Of a DNA stretch of 64,000 nt, positions 8,789-19,188 are shown one piece after another; the stretch's first letter is position 1, and the number at the start of each line of letters is the position of its first letter. Source of the DNA: Dehalococcoidia bacterium. GTDB taxonomy: Bacteria > Chloroflexota > Dehalococcoidia > Lucifugimonadales > UBA1127. A program made the translations under genes and the position numbers. The notes beneath the pieces were generated by a model that ran no database searches, was not told the origin of the DNA, and saw only the letters and a program-made list of their open reading frames with translations. The stretch is taken from positions 1,294,967 through 1,358,966 of the forward strand of contig OZ252245.1 in NCBI GenBank assembly GCA_965249605.1. Reading direction: 5' to 3'.

Positions 8789-11305
8789 TCATGCTCCCCC
8801 CGCGCCGGACGCGTTGGACGCGCCGGACGCCCCCGCGACCTCCATCAGCTCCGCGGGGTCCGGGACGTCCGGTCTCCCGGACACGCCGCCGAAGACCATC
8901 GCCGCCGCGCCATCTACGAGCCAGACCCGCTCATGCCGGTACCGCAGCCGCGCGCCCGAGCCGGACCACGGCAGCGTAAACCGCCCTGAAGACGGGTCGG
9001 GCGCGTCAAGGAAGGGGAACCACAGGTCGATGGCGGATTGCAGGTCACGGCCCCGCTGGCAGTGCGCAACGATGAGGGCAACGGCAAGCCGCTCGACGTC
9101 CGCGCCGGTCTCAACGAACTGCGTCCCGGCCCTGCGCACGTCCTCGTCGGTGACGGGCTGCATCGGTTCCGGAGCGGTCGACAGCGCGATGTCGGTCCTG
9201 CGCAGCGCTTCCGCAAGGGCGGATGCCCTACCGAGCCGTCGCAGATTGCCTCGCTTTAGGAATGGCAGCCTGGAGGAGGAGACTGCGCCGGCGCGAAGAG
9301 GCCGGCACACCGCGCGCATCGACTCCTGGGATGCCCCGTTGTGGTAGAGCAGGCCCATGATGTACGACCACAACGGCTTCCACTCGCCGTAGTCCACGTA
9401 CTGCTGACGCATGGCGACAGTCAACGCGGAACGGGGGTCCTCCTTGCTCTCCAGCGTCTGATGGTGGTAGGACCACTCGCTCGACTCAGCCTCCTGCACG
9501 TCCGGCGCGCCGGCGTCTCGCCTCAGCAGGTCCAGGAGGAACATCAGGGCCATGACCAGCAAAGCCAGCAACGCGATGTACTCGTAGAGGGCGGCGAACC
9601 ACAGAGACTCGTAGAGCACAGGCCGCAGCAGCAGCCCATAGACGGCGACGGCCCCACCAAGGACGACTCCCCGCACCCTCGACGCAATGAGCCACCTGGT
9701 GATGGGGCCGAGGACAGCGTTCCGCGAGTTGGGGGCGTATTCCAACACCTGGATGAGCGCGAGCGACAACATGCCCGACGCCAAAGCCGCTCCCGCCAGC
9801 AAGAACCCGTGCCCCATCGACGACAGCGTGGCGCCCGCCATCCACGCAAGGAATCCGGCGGCGACGTAGCTGACGGCGTTCAGCAGCGGACGCATCCTGA
9901 AGAACGCTCCATCATTTCTAGCCCAAGGCAGGCTCCACGCGAAGGTCAGCGCCACGCCGAGAGCCGCCAGGGTGGACCTCGCGTCAAAAAGTACGCTGAG
10001 GTAGGCCGCCGCCGTTCGGCCGACGTCTCGTGTTGACTCGTGGTCGAGCAGGGCGGCGTTGATGACTGGAATGTGATTGAGGAAGACCCATACGGCCAAT
10101 CCGGCGGCAAGGGCGGTTGTCCCCGCGCTCGCGAGCCTAAGGGACACGGAAGCTGCTGCCCACAAGCGTCCCGGCGCCTCGATGCCCGCCGTGTTTCGCA
10201 TGATTGAGGCCAGGTAGGAGAGGCCGAGCGCCAGCGTCAAGACTGCCATGAGTTGTGAGGCTGATATCTGAAACGCAGCCGCGAGGACACCGTTGGCAGA
10301 GAACATGACATACACGGCGGCCCAAAGGGTCAACCGGCCCACAGGAAATCCGAGAATGCGGTCCACCGAGGGCCGGAAGACCCCGGCGATGCGGACCAGC
10401 GCGAAGGGCAGCATAACCGCGTAGGCCCGCGGCGACGTCAACTCGTCCAGGCCCTCGACGTATGAGGCCGCGATTGCCGCGTCCAAAGAGAAGTGGCCGG
10501 CGAGCACAGACTCCACCGTCGAGGGCAGGCCTGCCACCGCGCCAAGCGCGACGGTGATCCAGGCCGTCTCAGCGAGCAAGAGCTGAACTCGAAGGACGGG
10601 CAGCACTCGCGGTTGGATCGGTTCGGTAAGCATGCGGCGCAAAACCAGCGCGCCGTAGGAGAACCCCAATACAACGACAAGGGCCACCCAGTGCGTCAAG
10701 CCCTTAAAGTCGAATGCAACGTCGAGCACGCCCCCGTTCGCCAGCAACACGTAGCCGACTCCGAGGGCGGCCAGGCGCGACCACGGCGGCGCAAGGAGCG
10801 CTCCAACACCAGGGCGCATGTCGGCGACCGCGCGCGCAACCGCAACCGGGACCATCACGAGGATTCCCCACAGCGCCATCGAGCCGAACACGTGCGTGTA
10901 GGGAACAACGGAGGCAAGGCCCTCGCCACCTGTGCGATTGGCGACAGCGATGGTCATTGTGGGAATGGCAGACAGTAGACCCAGCACAAGGAAAATCCAG
11001 GCCAGGTCCGTCAACAGTTTCTGGCCAAAGAGCAGCGCGGTGGAAGCCCGCAGGCCGTCGCCGGAACGGGTGGGCCGCCAGGTCAGCGCGGCCAGTCTCG
11101 AGTGGCGCGCCCACACGGCGAGCCGGCTCAGCAGCATAAAGCACGACCAGGCGGCAAGCGGCGGAAACAGGAAGTCCAGGTCCACGCCGGACGACGCGGA
11201 CAGCGGGCTGGCCGTCCTCCAGAACAGCAGGAACCCCGCGACAAGGCCCGCGGCCATGAGCAAGGCCGTCAGAGGCAACCGGTTCGTGTGGGCGTCGCTT
11301 ACCAT
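8789..11305 (-). CDS. large polytopic membrane protein (roughly 20 TM) with a cytoplasmic C-terminal domain, function unknown
   Basis: 838-aa ORF, highly hydrophobic over about 580 aa and then a soluble tail of about 250 aa. The ATG lies 3 nt after the stop of the upstream transglutaminase gene (translational coupling). Confidence 0.65.
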   Translation of the reverse strand: MVSDAHTNRLPLTALLMAAGLVAGFLLFWRTASPLSASSGVDLDFLFPPLAAWSCFMLLSRLAVWARHSRLAALTWRPTRSGDGLRASTALLFGQKLLTDLAWIFLVLGLLSAIPTMTIAVANRTGGEGLASVVPYTHVFGSMALWGILVMVPVAVARAVADMRPGVGALLAPPWSRLAALGVGYVLLANGGVLDVAFDFKGLTHWVALVVVLGFSYGALVLRRMLTEPIQPRVLPVLRVQLLLAETAWITVALGAVAGLPSTVESVLAGHFSLDAAIAASYVEGLDELTSPRAYAVMLPFALVRIAGVFRPSVDRILGFPVGRLTLWAAVYVMFSANGVLAAAFQISASQLMAVLTLALGLSYLASIMRNTAGIEAPGRLWAAASVSLRLASAGTTALAAGLAVWVFLNHIPVINAALLDHESTRDVGRTAAAYLSVLFDARSTLAALGVALTFAWSLPWARNDGAFFRMRPLLNAVSYVAAGFLAWMAGATLSSMGHGFLLAGAALASGMLSLALIQVLEYAPNSRNAVLGPITRWLIASRVRGVVLGGAVAVYGLLLRPVLYESLWFAALYEYIALLALLVMALMFLLDLLRRDAGAPDVQEAESSEWSYHHQTLESKEDPRSALTVAMRQQYVDYGEWKPLWSYIMGLLYHNGASQESMRAVCRPLRAGAVSSSRLPFLKRGNLRRLGRASALAEALRRTDIALSTAPEPMQPVTDEDVRRAGTQFVETGADVERLAVALIVAHCQRGRDLQSAIDLWFPFLDAPDPSSGRFTLPWSGSGARLRYRHERVWLVDGAAAMVFGGVSGRPDVPDPAELMEVAGASGASNASGAGGA

Positions 11306-11308
11306 TCC

Positions 11309-14300
11309 CTACGCCTCCACCACGGCGCGCCACGCGCGGTACATAGACTCATAGTGACGCCGGGCGATGGGGTGCTCGCTGTAGTCCGCCTCCTCAAATC
11401 TGGAAATCAGCTCGTCCAGGGACTTCTGGGGTACGCGCGTGCCCCTCGTCACCAACATGAGCTCCACTTCACGCGGCGTCGCCTGGTCGATTGCGCTGCC
11501 CGTCGTCTCCCGTGCCCAGTCGAGGAAGGTGTTGTACAGGCGCACAATCTCCTCCCGGTAATCGACAACGCGGTAGCTCCGAGAGACAGAGGTCGGCAGA
11601 TGGTCCTCATCCCCCGCGAATGCCACAGCAACCATGTACTCGCCAGTTTCGTCCGCGGCGAGGCGCAGCGCGCAAGCACCGTCATCGCCGGTGACGAGCT
11701 CCGCCGGGTCCTCGCCGGTCACCGTGACCTCAAGCTCCACGCCAGCCAAGGCGCGGTCCTGCGAATCAACCGTTTGTACCTTTAAGTCAATTTCTTCCCC
11801 CACGCCCCAAACGTCAGGCAAGTCGGCCGTGGGCTTCGAGAAGTCGATTCCCAACGACACCAGAGCGCGAGTCTCGACGGGAGCCTCCTCCGCGTCAGCA
11901 TCCTCATCGGCCATCGAAGCCGCCGCTGCCTGCGCCGCGATCATGCTTCGTCGACGCATAGCCGGCGGCAGCGGCGCGACGTTCATCCTGCGGCCCGCGT
12001 AGCCCGCGGCAGCCAGCGCGGCCACGACGCCAGGCGCGCCGACCCACAGGAGCCAGTTGAAGCCCAGGGGAGTCACCGCCACGCCGTACAGGTAAGTCAG
12101 AGGCATGTGGGAATCGTCACCGTCAAAGGTGAAGGTCACGGGGAGGACCACGGGTTCCTGCCCGTCCGGCACGGTGAAATCCAGCAGCGCGACGCCTTGG
12201 CGGTCTGTGACGATCTCCACGCCCCCATCAGTGCGCAGCGTAGCTAGGGCGACGCCCTCCCACCGGTCGTCGAGCAAGGTGGCCTGCAACATCGCCAATT
12301 CACCAGGCCGCACCTTGTCGACGGGCGACACAATGATGTTGACGGCGGAACGCACCTCCAGGGACACGCTCTCACTGATGTTGAGATCGGCCGCGGCGAC
12401 CGTTACCTCACTAACGCCCAGCGGATGGTCGGTGGGCACCCGGTAGAGGTGGGCAAATGCGCCCGCTGCGTCGGACATTGCCCCGCCCTGTTCGCCCACC
12501 GTCAATTCGACGCCCTCCATGGGCCGATTGCCCAACAGCGCCGTGCCCCGAAGGGTTACGGCCTCTCCCCTGGCCACCGGCTCCAACGGTTCAAGCACTA
12601 CCCTCGGGACGCCGATGACAACGTCCGCCGCGGCGGCGCTCGGCGCCAGCTTGTCCGAACCGGCGAAGGCTACCTCCACGCTGAACGGCGACTCGTGGGG
12701 CGAGTCCGCCACGCCCTGATCAAACACCGCCAGGGCATCCCACGTGAAAACGCCGTCCGCGTCGGTCGTGAGCGTGCGCGCGCCGCTGCCAGTGACCTCC
12801 ACCTCGACGCCGGGCACAAGCTGCCCGTTGCCGTCGCTCAGGCTTCCTCGCAACGTGAACGTCTCCGAGTCCCGCACGATTTCGGGCGACTCCAGGCTCA
12901 TCGACGTCGGCGCAAGCACGGAGAAGGCGAAGCGCGCCGAGCTTGCCACAATGAAGTCGGCGCCGGGAAACTGGGCCTCCAGCGACTGCGAACCCGACTG
13001 GAAGAAGGCCTCGTGCTCGTACGAAAACCCGCCGTCGTCGTCCGTGGTCACCGTTGCGAGTTCCGCGCCGCCGCCGTCGACGATGCTCAGCGTCGACTGA
13101 GCGATGGGCGCGTCGGCGGTGGTGGTCAGCCGGCCCGTAAACGTGGCGCCGCCGCCAAGCTCGATGGCGCTGGGCCCATTCAGCGTCAGGAGTGAACTCT
13201 CCAGCACCGACAACCGCGCCGTCGCCTGCGATTGGAGCACGGGGCCGTCGCCGGGGAACTCCGCCTGCACGGTGACGGCGCCAGGGCTATCGAGCGCGCC
13301 CGTAAGCTCGAAGGCGCCCTCGGCGTCCGTCGAGACCCGTTGCGCGGGCAGGCCGCCGATCTGCACACTCACAGCGCGGCCCTCGAGGGGCTCACCGCGA
13401 GCGCCATGGAGCGTGCCCGTGACGCGGAACTCCTCGCCGACCTCCACGGAGACCGGGGCCTCGACGGTGGTCGCCGTGGGCAGCGTCACCTCAAGGTTGA
13501 TGCGGGCCACATTGTCGAGCAGGTACTCCTGGTCCTTCAGTTTCACCTCAACCCAATGCGGACCGGGGTCCGGGAAGGCCTGCGTGAAACTGAATCGCCC
13601 GAACTCCTGGGTGGTGATCGTGTCGGCTACAGTCCCATCGACAACTATCTCCAGCTCACTGCCCGCTACGCCTTCGCCGGTCTCCTCTGTGAGCTTTCCG
13701 CTGAATTCAGCTTCGTCGTCCACGGGGACCCTTGACGGGCCGGTCAGCTCGAGGCCGGTGCCTGAGAAGACGGAGATGTCCGGGTCGCTCCAGGATTCCT
13801 CGAAATCGTCATTCGCGACCGCGTGCGCTAGGAGCTGGTAGGGCCCGCGCTCCATGTCTCGGGGCAACGACACCTCGGCGCTCCAGCAGCCGAAGCGCGT
13901 GGTCGCCGTGCCGATCTTTGTGCCACCGTGCTCCTTGGTCTCATTCACGTAGATCTCGACGGTCATGCCGTCCACCGTATGCCCGGTGACGGTGTACACA
14001 GTGCCGCCCACGGTGAAGGGCCGTTCCCTGCGCACCTCCGCGGGCGACTGCGTGATGGCGGTGACGGTGTCCAGGGGCTGGGGCGGTGGCGGTGGAGGGT
14101 CGTCAGGCACGTCGCCTCCGGGTTGCGATGACGACCCACCATCGCCGGCGGCGCCGGCTGCCCGCGATGGCGGCCCACCGGAAGCCGTGGCCTCAATGGT
14201 CACCCATCCGACGTTCTCAAGCCCGATTTCCGCCCACTGGTGCGCTTGGCTGGCCTTGACCGTCTGAGTTTCCGGCGTTGCAGAGATCGCCCAGCCCGAG

Positions 14301-17300
14301 ACCACTCTTGCGGGAATGCCAACTGAGCGGGCCAGGACCACGAAGGCGCTGCTGAACACGCCGCACGTTCCCTCGCGATGATCGAAGAGAAACCAGTCAA
14401 CCGGATCGCGGCCGGACGGCGGCCTGTCCTCCGGACCGTCGGCAAATCGATACGGGTACGTGGTGCGCAGGTACGTTTCGATAGCCTTCGCCTTGGCGTA
14501 CGTTGATCTTTGCCCTTGCGTAATCCGCAGGGCTAGTGCCCGGATGCGGTCCGGCAACCCCGGCGGAAGTTGCAGGTACGTTGGGTCAGTGGCTGGCCTG
14601 GCCTGCTCGTAGACATCTCGTGAGAAAGACTCGATATGGGTGCTGAAAGAGTAGGCGCCAGTCGACACGCCCGACCGGAATGTCCTGCTGTACGGAAAGT
14701 ACTGTCCCTCCAAGGACACGGTGGCGAGGTCTCGCGAGACAGGCATTGCTCCTGAGGGCAGACCGGTGTTTGGATTGATTGACCGTATTGTGATCTCATC
14801 CGTCCGCTGACTGTAGAAAAACGTTTGGACACCGAACAGAGAAGCATTGGCCCGTCTCTCGAATGGCAGACCGGCAAAATTGCCCTCCATGTGGGAGAGG
14901 TGCCTCCAAATCACAGCGGAGAATGATGAGTTTGGCTGGGCGCCAATGAACACAGGGTCCAACTGGCGCCACCTTCCATTCTCGTAAACGTCGCCCGTGG
15001 CAGTGCGCAGATAGCGGGTTTCCGCCGCCCCGGTGACCGTGAAGAGGGGAGTTTTCAGAAGACCTGGCGACTGCGCTGTTGTGGTGCCGGGCACAAAGTA
15101 CTGACTCCCGCCTTTCTCCAACAGGAATCCGCCGTTCTCCAGCTCGGTGACTTTCTGCCCTGCTTCCTCCAGCGCCTGCAGGGCTTGCACAACTGCATCC
15201 TCGTTGCCACCGCCGAGGGTGTTCAGCGCTGCGCGTGACCCTGGGCCGGCTGCAGTTGGTTCGAATTCCACCCAACCGAGACCTTCAAACGCTACCTCCG
15301 CCCATTGGTGTGCCTGGTCCGTCGAGACCGTTTGCTGATAGGGTGTCTGGCCGATGGCCCAGCCCGACACCACGCGCGCCGGGAGGCCGACGGAACGGGC
15401 CAGCATTACAAAGGCGCTGCTGAAGGTGCCGCAGGTACCCTCCCGCTTGTCGAAGAGGAACCAGTCCACGGGGTCCTGCCCCTGGGGTGGAAGCGCGTCC
15501 TGGGGAGACTCGGCAAAGCTGTAGGTATAGTTTGTTCGCAGGTACGTCTCGATGGCCTTGGCCTGTGCATAGGACGTCGAATGCCCCGCCGTTATCTCGA
15601 CGGCAAGGTCGTGGATGCGGCCGCGGAGGGCCCATTCCGGTAGCGCCGTGTTTGGGGAGTCGACCCCGCCGGGCCACCTTCCGGCCGCGTTGAGTTGGGC
15701 ATCGGAAAAGTCATCTACTTCTGCAACCCAGGCGAATCTACTCGTCGGATCGTCCATGGTGAACGTGGCGCTCTTCTGCCAGTACGTACCCCTGACGAAC
15801 ATCTTGCTCAGTCGTTTGGATATGGGCACAACGCCGGCGGCTAGTCGCCGGCTGGTGTCGAGGCTTGTGACGGCAATCTCGTTCGTGTGGGTTGAAGCCG
15901 CATCGGCGGTGGGGTGAATGTCGCCGTAGGGAATGGAGACGGTGTAGTCTTCGTTGAGGTATCCAGGGCCCTTGCTTGCGAGCCAACTGCCGTTGACATA
16001 GATTTCCCCGACAGCTGACCGGAGGTAACTCGTGTGGCTGGCGCCCTCGACCGCAAAGACGGGGATGTGGGGTGGTTTTGTCGCCGTGAGGGCTGTGGTC
16101 CCTGGGATGAACAATGAAGTTGCACCATTGATGGAAAGGTGGCCGCTGCCGTTTTCGAGCGCGATGTAGTTCCCCAATAATTTCAGTGCATCGAGGGCCG
16201 CCAGGCGCACTATTGCTTCAGGGTCGTCCAGGGCCTCAACCAATGCAGGCGCCGCCCTCACGTCACCGAGTTCGCCGAGGAGGCGTGCGGCGGTTGCTCG
16301 CTCTTCCGGGTTATCTGACTCTTTCAGAACGCGGGTAAGTGCGTTTCTGTCCCATTTGAGCAAGGCCTCCGCCGCAGCTTGCCTGACGGCCTCTACCGGA
16401 TCATCGGATCTCGCCTCCACCAGGGGCAGCAGGGCACCCGGTACCTGAATCTCGCCGAGGGACCACGCCGCGGCGGCGCGAATCACCGAGTCCTCATCGG
16501 AACGGAGCAGAGTGGCGACCTCCGCCACCGTCCACGCCGCCTTGTTCTTGCCGAGTGCGAGCACGGACCGCTCCCGGACTCCCTGGTCCTCGTCCGACAA
16601 CGCGGCCTGCAGCAGCCCCTCTTCCGCGCGCTCTCCGCCAATCTTCTCCAGGGCTTTGACAGTGGCCAAACGGACTCGGGCGTCTACATCGGAGGATAGG
16701 GCCTGGCGTAGGGGGTCCACTGCCCTCGACGAGCCTACTACCCGAAGGGCATCGGCGGCAGCCTCCCGCACCAGCGGGTCCTCGTGGTTCAGGAGCAGTT
16801 CGATCAGCTCGTCCGTGCCGATCTTGTGCAACGCTGTCTCCGCCGACAGTTGGACGGCAGTCGATTCATCGTTGATCGCAGCGTCCACCAACGCGGGCAG
16901 GCCTTCCGGAGCGGCGATGTCGCCCAGGGCCTCCGCGGCCTCCTGCCTCTCCTGCGAGTCCTCGCTGCCCTGCAGTTCCTCCACCAGCATTGGCAACTGC
17001 GCTTCCACCACATCCGGCGGAAATGCGTCGTGGCGCGTGGGGTCGAACCTCACCCAGCCGATGCCTTTCAGTGCGACCTCCACCCACTGGTGCGCCTGGT
17101 CCGCGGTGACGATCTGCGCCTCCCCGTCCGCCTCGATGGCCCACCCGGCGACCACCCGTGCCGGTATGCCGGCCGCCCGCGCGAGAATCGCGAAGGCGTT
17201 GCTGAAGCTGCGGCTGTCGCCACCTCGGCGTTCGAACAGGAACCAATCAATCGGGTCTTGTCCGTCGGGACGTTCTATGACCGTCCTGCCCGGTTCGGGT

Positions 17301-18703
17301 GTGAAGAAGGCAAACTTCTCCCGCAGGAACCCGTGAATTCGATTCGCCCGGATGTACGGGGACTCGTCGCCCCTGAACTGCTCGGCGAGTTCCAGCACTC
17401 GCGCGGGCAGGTCATCCGGGAGTTGGAGGTAGGTGGAGTCCTGAGCGGGGGCGGCGGCAAGAATATCGCTGGGCGCAAACTGTGGGACCGTGGTATTGAG
17501 CTGGTAACTGCCGGTCGGCCCCGAAACCCGCAGCGTGCCGCTGAACGGGTAGTACGACGCCGGTACGAAAACCCTGACGAGGTGGTCCGCGCTTGGCACG
17601 ACGCCTTCGCTGAAGGTGTCCCCCTCGTAGTAGGGCGTGATGACGATCACGTCCGGCACGTACTGCACAGCCTCCAACGTCGGGTAGGCAAGAAGCGCCT
17701 GATCCAAACGCTCTGGCTGAGCAATTCCTGACTCCGTGCCTCTCAGCCCCTCAAGCGCGGCAATCACGCTGTCTGGCACCAGATTGTCCATGTCCACGGG
17801 TAGGTGCCCCGGGTCCAGCTGCGTCCACGTTCCGTTCTCATACACGTCTCCGGTCGCGGTGCGGAGGTAACGCGTGTGGAAGGCGCCCGAGACCCAGAAC
17901 ACCGGCACCGGTGGGGGCGCTTCGAGCTGCTCCACCATGACGTCTGCAACCACCGAGATGTTGACGACCGGCGGTTGCTGAGCCTCGACTTCCTCCGGTG
18001 GCTCAGGTGGCGCCTCCGGCTCTTCAATCAGCGGTGTATCCGTCTGCTGGTATCGCTCGACGACATCGGCGTATTCGAGCGTCACCTCCAGCCTCTCCGG
18101 GCGCTGGAACAGGTACAGGCCGTCGACAGGTGCGGGGTCAAGGAAGCCGAAGACAGACGCAGCAGCCAGCCAGGCGACAATGAGGAGCCCGAGCGCATAG
18201 CGATTGATGAAGCCGGCAATGATAAGGGTAAGGAAGATCGCTGCCAGGAGTGCGAGGCCCCCCGGCTCAAGGATTGAGCGATGGACCGTGTGTTCGCTGT
18301 ACGCAACGTTCTCGCCGAGAACCCCCGAGAAGGCAAGGTACACGCCAACCCCCGCCAGCACGATGGCCGCCAGCGCCCCTGCAGCCAGCGACAGCGTCGG
18401 GCGGAACGAGCCCCTCGACAGCGGCCATCCGGCTGACGCGATGAGGACGGCCAGGGCCAGCACCAGGGACACGCCAAGGACCGCAGCTTCCAGCAGGCCA
18501 ACGCCGTTGGGCAGCCCGACTGTTTCTTCCTGCCACGCCGTTTGCGCAAGGATGTCCTGAGGCCCGGAGGAAAGCAGTGAGACCAGGAACTCGAGGATGA
18601 GAAAGAACCCCGCCAAGGCCGCCGTCAGCATGAGAAGCAACCTGGCTTGGCGCACCAGGTTGCTGGACATCGGCGACGATAGGCTTGTAGTCAGCCAACG
18701 CAT
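11309..18703 (-). CDS. giant membrane protein with three transglutaminase-core modules, HEAT repeats, Ig-like repeats and a DUF4129-like C-terminus
   Basis: 7.4-kb ORF with N-terminal TM helices. Three modules share DWFLF..G(TC/DS)..FS.AF..ARVV.GWA, QAHQW.E and GWV..(D/E)(P/A)T; their His motifs lie near 17090, 15305 and 14240. PBS-lyase/HEAT-like repeats span about 16200-16960 and beta-sandwich repeats about 12050-14080. A late TM segment is followed by a DUF4129-like tail. Confidence 0.85.
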   Translation of the reverse strand: MRWLTTSLSSPMSSNLVRQARLLLMLTAALAGFFLILEFLVSLLSSGPQDILAQTAWQEETVGLPNGVGLLEAAVLGVSLVLALAVLIASAGWPLSRGSFRPTLSLAAGALAAIVLAGVGVYLAFSGVLGENVAYSEHTVHRSILEPGGLALLAAIFLTLIIAGFINRYALGLLIVAWLAAASVFGFLDPAPVDGLYLFQRPERLEVTLEYADVVERYQQTDTPLIEEPEAPPEPPEEVEAQQPPVVNISVVADVMVEQLEAPPPVPVFWVSGAFHTRYLRTATGDVYENGTWTQLDPGHLPVDMDNLVPDSVIAALEGLRGTESGIAQPERLDQALLAYPTLEAVQYVPDVIVITPYYEGDTFSEGVVPSADHLVRVFVPASYYPFSGTLRVSGPTGSYQLNTTVPQFAPSDILAAAPAQDSTYLQLPDDLPARVLELAEQFRGDESPYIRANRIHGFLREKFAFFTPEPGRTVIERPDGQDPIDWFLFERRGGDSRSFSNAFAILARAAGIPARVVAGWAIEADGEAQIVTADQAHQWVEVALKGIGWVRFDPTRHDAFPPDVVEAQLPMLVEELQGSEDSQERQEAAEALGDIAAPEGLPALVDAAINDESTAVQLSAETALHKIGTDELIELLLNHEDPLVREAAADALRVVGSSRAVDPLRQALSSDVDARVRLATVKALEKIGGERAEEGLLQAALSDEDQGVRERSVLALGKNKAAWTVAEVATLLRSDEDSVIRAAAAWSLGEIQVPGALLPLVEARSDDPVEAVRQAAAEALLKWDRNALTRVLKESDNPEERATAARLLGELGDVRAAPALVEALDDPEAIVRLAALDALKLLGNYIALENGSGHLSINGATSLFIPGTTALTATKPPHIPVFAVEGASHTSYLRSAVGEIYVNGSWLASKGPGYLNEDYTVSIPYGDIHPTADAASTHTNEIAVTSLDTSRRLAAGVVPISKRLSKMFVRGTYWQKSATFTMDDPTSRFAWVAEVDDFSDAQLNAAGRWPGGVDSPNTALPEWALRGRIHDLAVEITAGHSTSYAQAKAIETYLRTNYTYSFAESPQDALPPQGQDPVDWFLFDKREGTCGTFSSAFVMLARSVGLPARVVSGWAIGQTPYQQTVSTDQAHQWAEVAFEGLGWVEFEPTAAGPGSRAALNTLGGGNEDAVVQALQALEEAGQKVTELENGGFLLEKGGSQYFVPGTTTAQSPGLLKTPLFTVTGAAETRYLRTATGDVYENGRWRQLDPVFIGAQPNSSFSAVIWRHLSHMEGNFAGLPFERRANASLFGVQTFFYSQRTDEITIRSINPNTGLPSGAMPVSRDLATVSLEGQYFPYSRTFRSGVSTGAYSFSTHIESFSRDVYEQARPATDPTYLQLPPGLPDRIRALALRITQGQRSTYAKAKAIETYLRTTYPYRFADGPEDRPPSGRDPVDWFLFDHREGTCGVFSSAFVVLARSVGIPARVVSGWAISATPETQTVKASQAHQWAEIGLENVGWVTIEATASGGPPSRAAGAAGDGGSSSQPGGDVPDDPPPPPPQPLDTVTAITQSPAEVRRERPFTVGGTVYTVTGHTVDGMTVEIYVNETKEHGGTKIGTATTRFGCWSAEVSLPRDMERGPYQLLAHAVANDDFEESWSDPDISVFSGTGLELTGPSRVPVDDEAEFSGKLTEETGEGVAGSELEIVVDGTVADTITTQEFGRFSFTQAFPDPGPHWVEVKLKDQEYLLDNVARINLEVTLPTATTVEAPVSVEVGEEFRVTGTLHGARGEPLEGRAVSVQIGGLPAQRVSTDAEGAFELTGALDSPGAVTVQAEFPGDGPVLQSQATARLSVLESSLLTLNGPSAIELGGGATFTGRLTTTADAPIAQSTLSIVDGGGAELATVTTDDDGGFSYEHEAFFQSGSQSLEAQFPGADFIVASSARFAFSVLAPTSMSLESPEIVRDSETFTLRGSLSDGNGQLVPGVEVEVTGSGARTLTTDADGVFTWDALAVFDQGVADSPHESPFSVEVAFAGSDKLAPSAAAADVVIGVPRVVLEPLEPVARGEAVTLRGTALLGNRPMEGVELTVGEQGGAMSDAAGAFAHLYRVPTDHPLGVSEVTVAAADLNISESVSLEVRSAVNIIVSPVDKVRPGELAMLQATLLDDRWEGVALATLRTDGGVEIVTDRQGVALLDFTVPDGQEPVVLPVTFTFDGDDSHMPLTYLYGVAVTPLGFNWLLWVGAPGVVAALAAAGYAGRRMNVAPLPPAMRRRSMIAAQAAAASMADEDADAEEAPVETRALVSLGIDFSKPTADLPDVWGVGEEIDLKVQTVDSQDRALAGVELEVTVTGEDPAELVTGDDGACALRLAADETGEYMVAVAFAGDEDHLPTSVSRSYRVVDYREEIVRLYNTFLDWARETTGSAIDQATPREVELMLVTRGTRVPQKSLDELISRFEEADYSEHPIARRHYESMYRAWRAVVEA

Positions 18704-18936
18704 AGTGCAATTGTTTCACGCCGTTGTTCGGCGATTCGGCGTCACTCTCTAGCGACCAGCAGTCACCGTATGCAGATGCAACAGGAGGACTGGTGATTCA
18801 AGCGGGACCCGTGATTGCTGTAGCAAAATTCCCTTGTGCTGTGGGTGCGCATTCTACCACTCACCTTGCCCCATTGCCAAAGTTGAAGGCGATGGCGAGC
18901 GCAGCTTCCGCATGGCGCTCGCAGGCATTTCTCACA

Positions 18937-19188
18937 GACCAAAAGCCCCAGCAGTACAGGGTCGAACGCAACGAGCTTATCAAACAGCTCTTAGCGGACG
19001 AATGCGAGTTGTGCGGGTCAACGGAGGAAGCCAAGTCCACCACGTCCGCGCTCTCCGCGACCTGAACGTGAAGGGTCAAAGGGCCAAGTCCCTGTGGGTA
19101 CAGGTCATGGCGGCCAGACGGCCCAAAACACTCTCTCGTCATTTCCTTGCCCCCCTCCAGCAGCGCCACCCCCCCTGACACGATCCCC
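18937..19188 (+). pseudogene. remnant of a group II intron reverse transcriptase/maturase C-terminus (HNH region), frameshifted
   Basis: Two frames together read ..RNELIKQLLADECELCGSTEE / VHHVRALRDLNVKGQRAKSLWVQVMAARRPKTL.. This is the characteristic CxxCG..VHH(I/V)R.L.DL...W...M..RRRKTL(V)VC..CH tail of intron-encoded proteins. No upstream RT domain is present. Confidence 0.45.

Noticed and set aside
11102-18719. Multiple ORFs overlapping the transglutaminase gene on either strand (for example 12425..13195, 16512..17336, 16784..17731)
   Set aside because: Same reasoning: they are shadows of a 7.4-kb ORF with recognisable domains.
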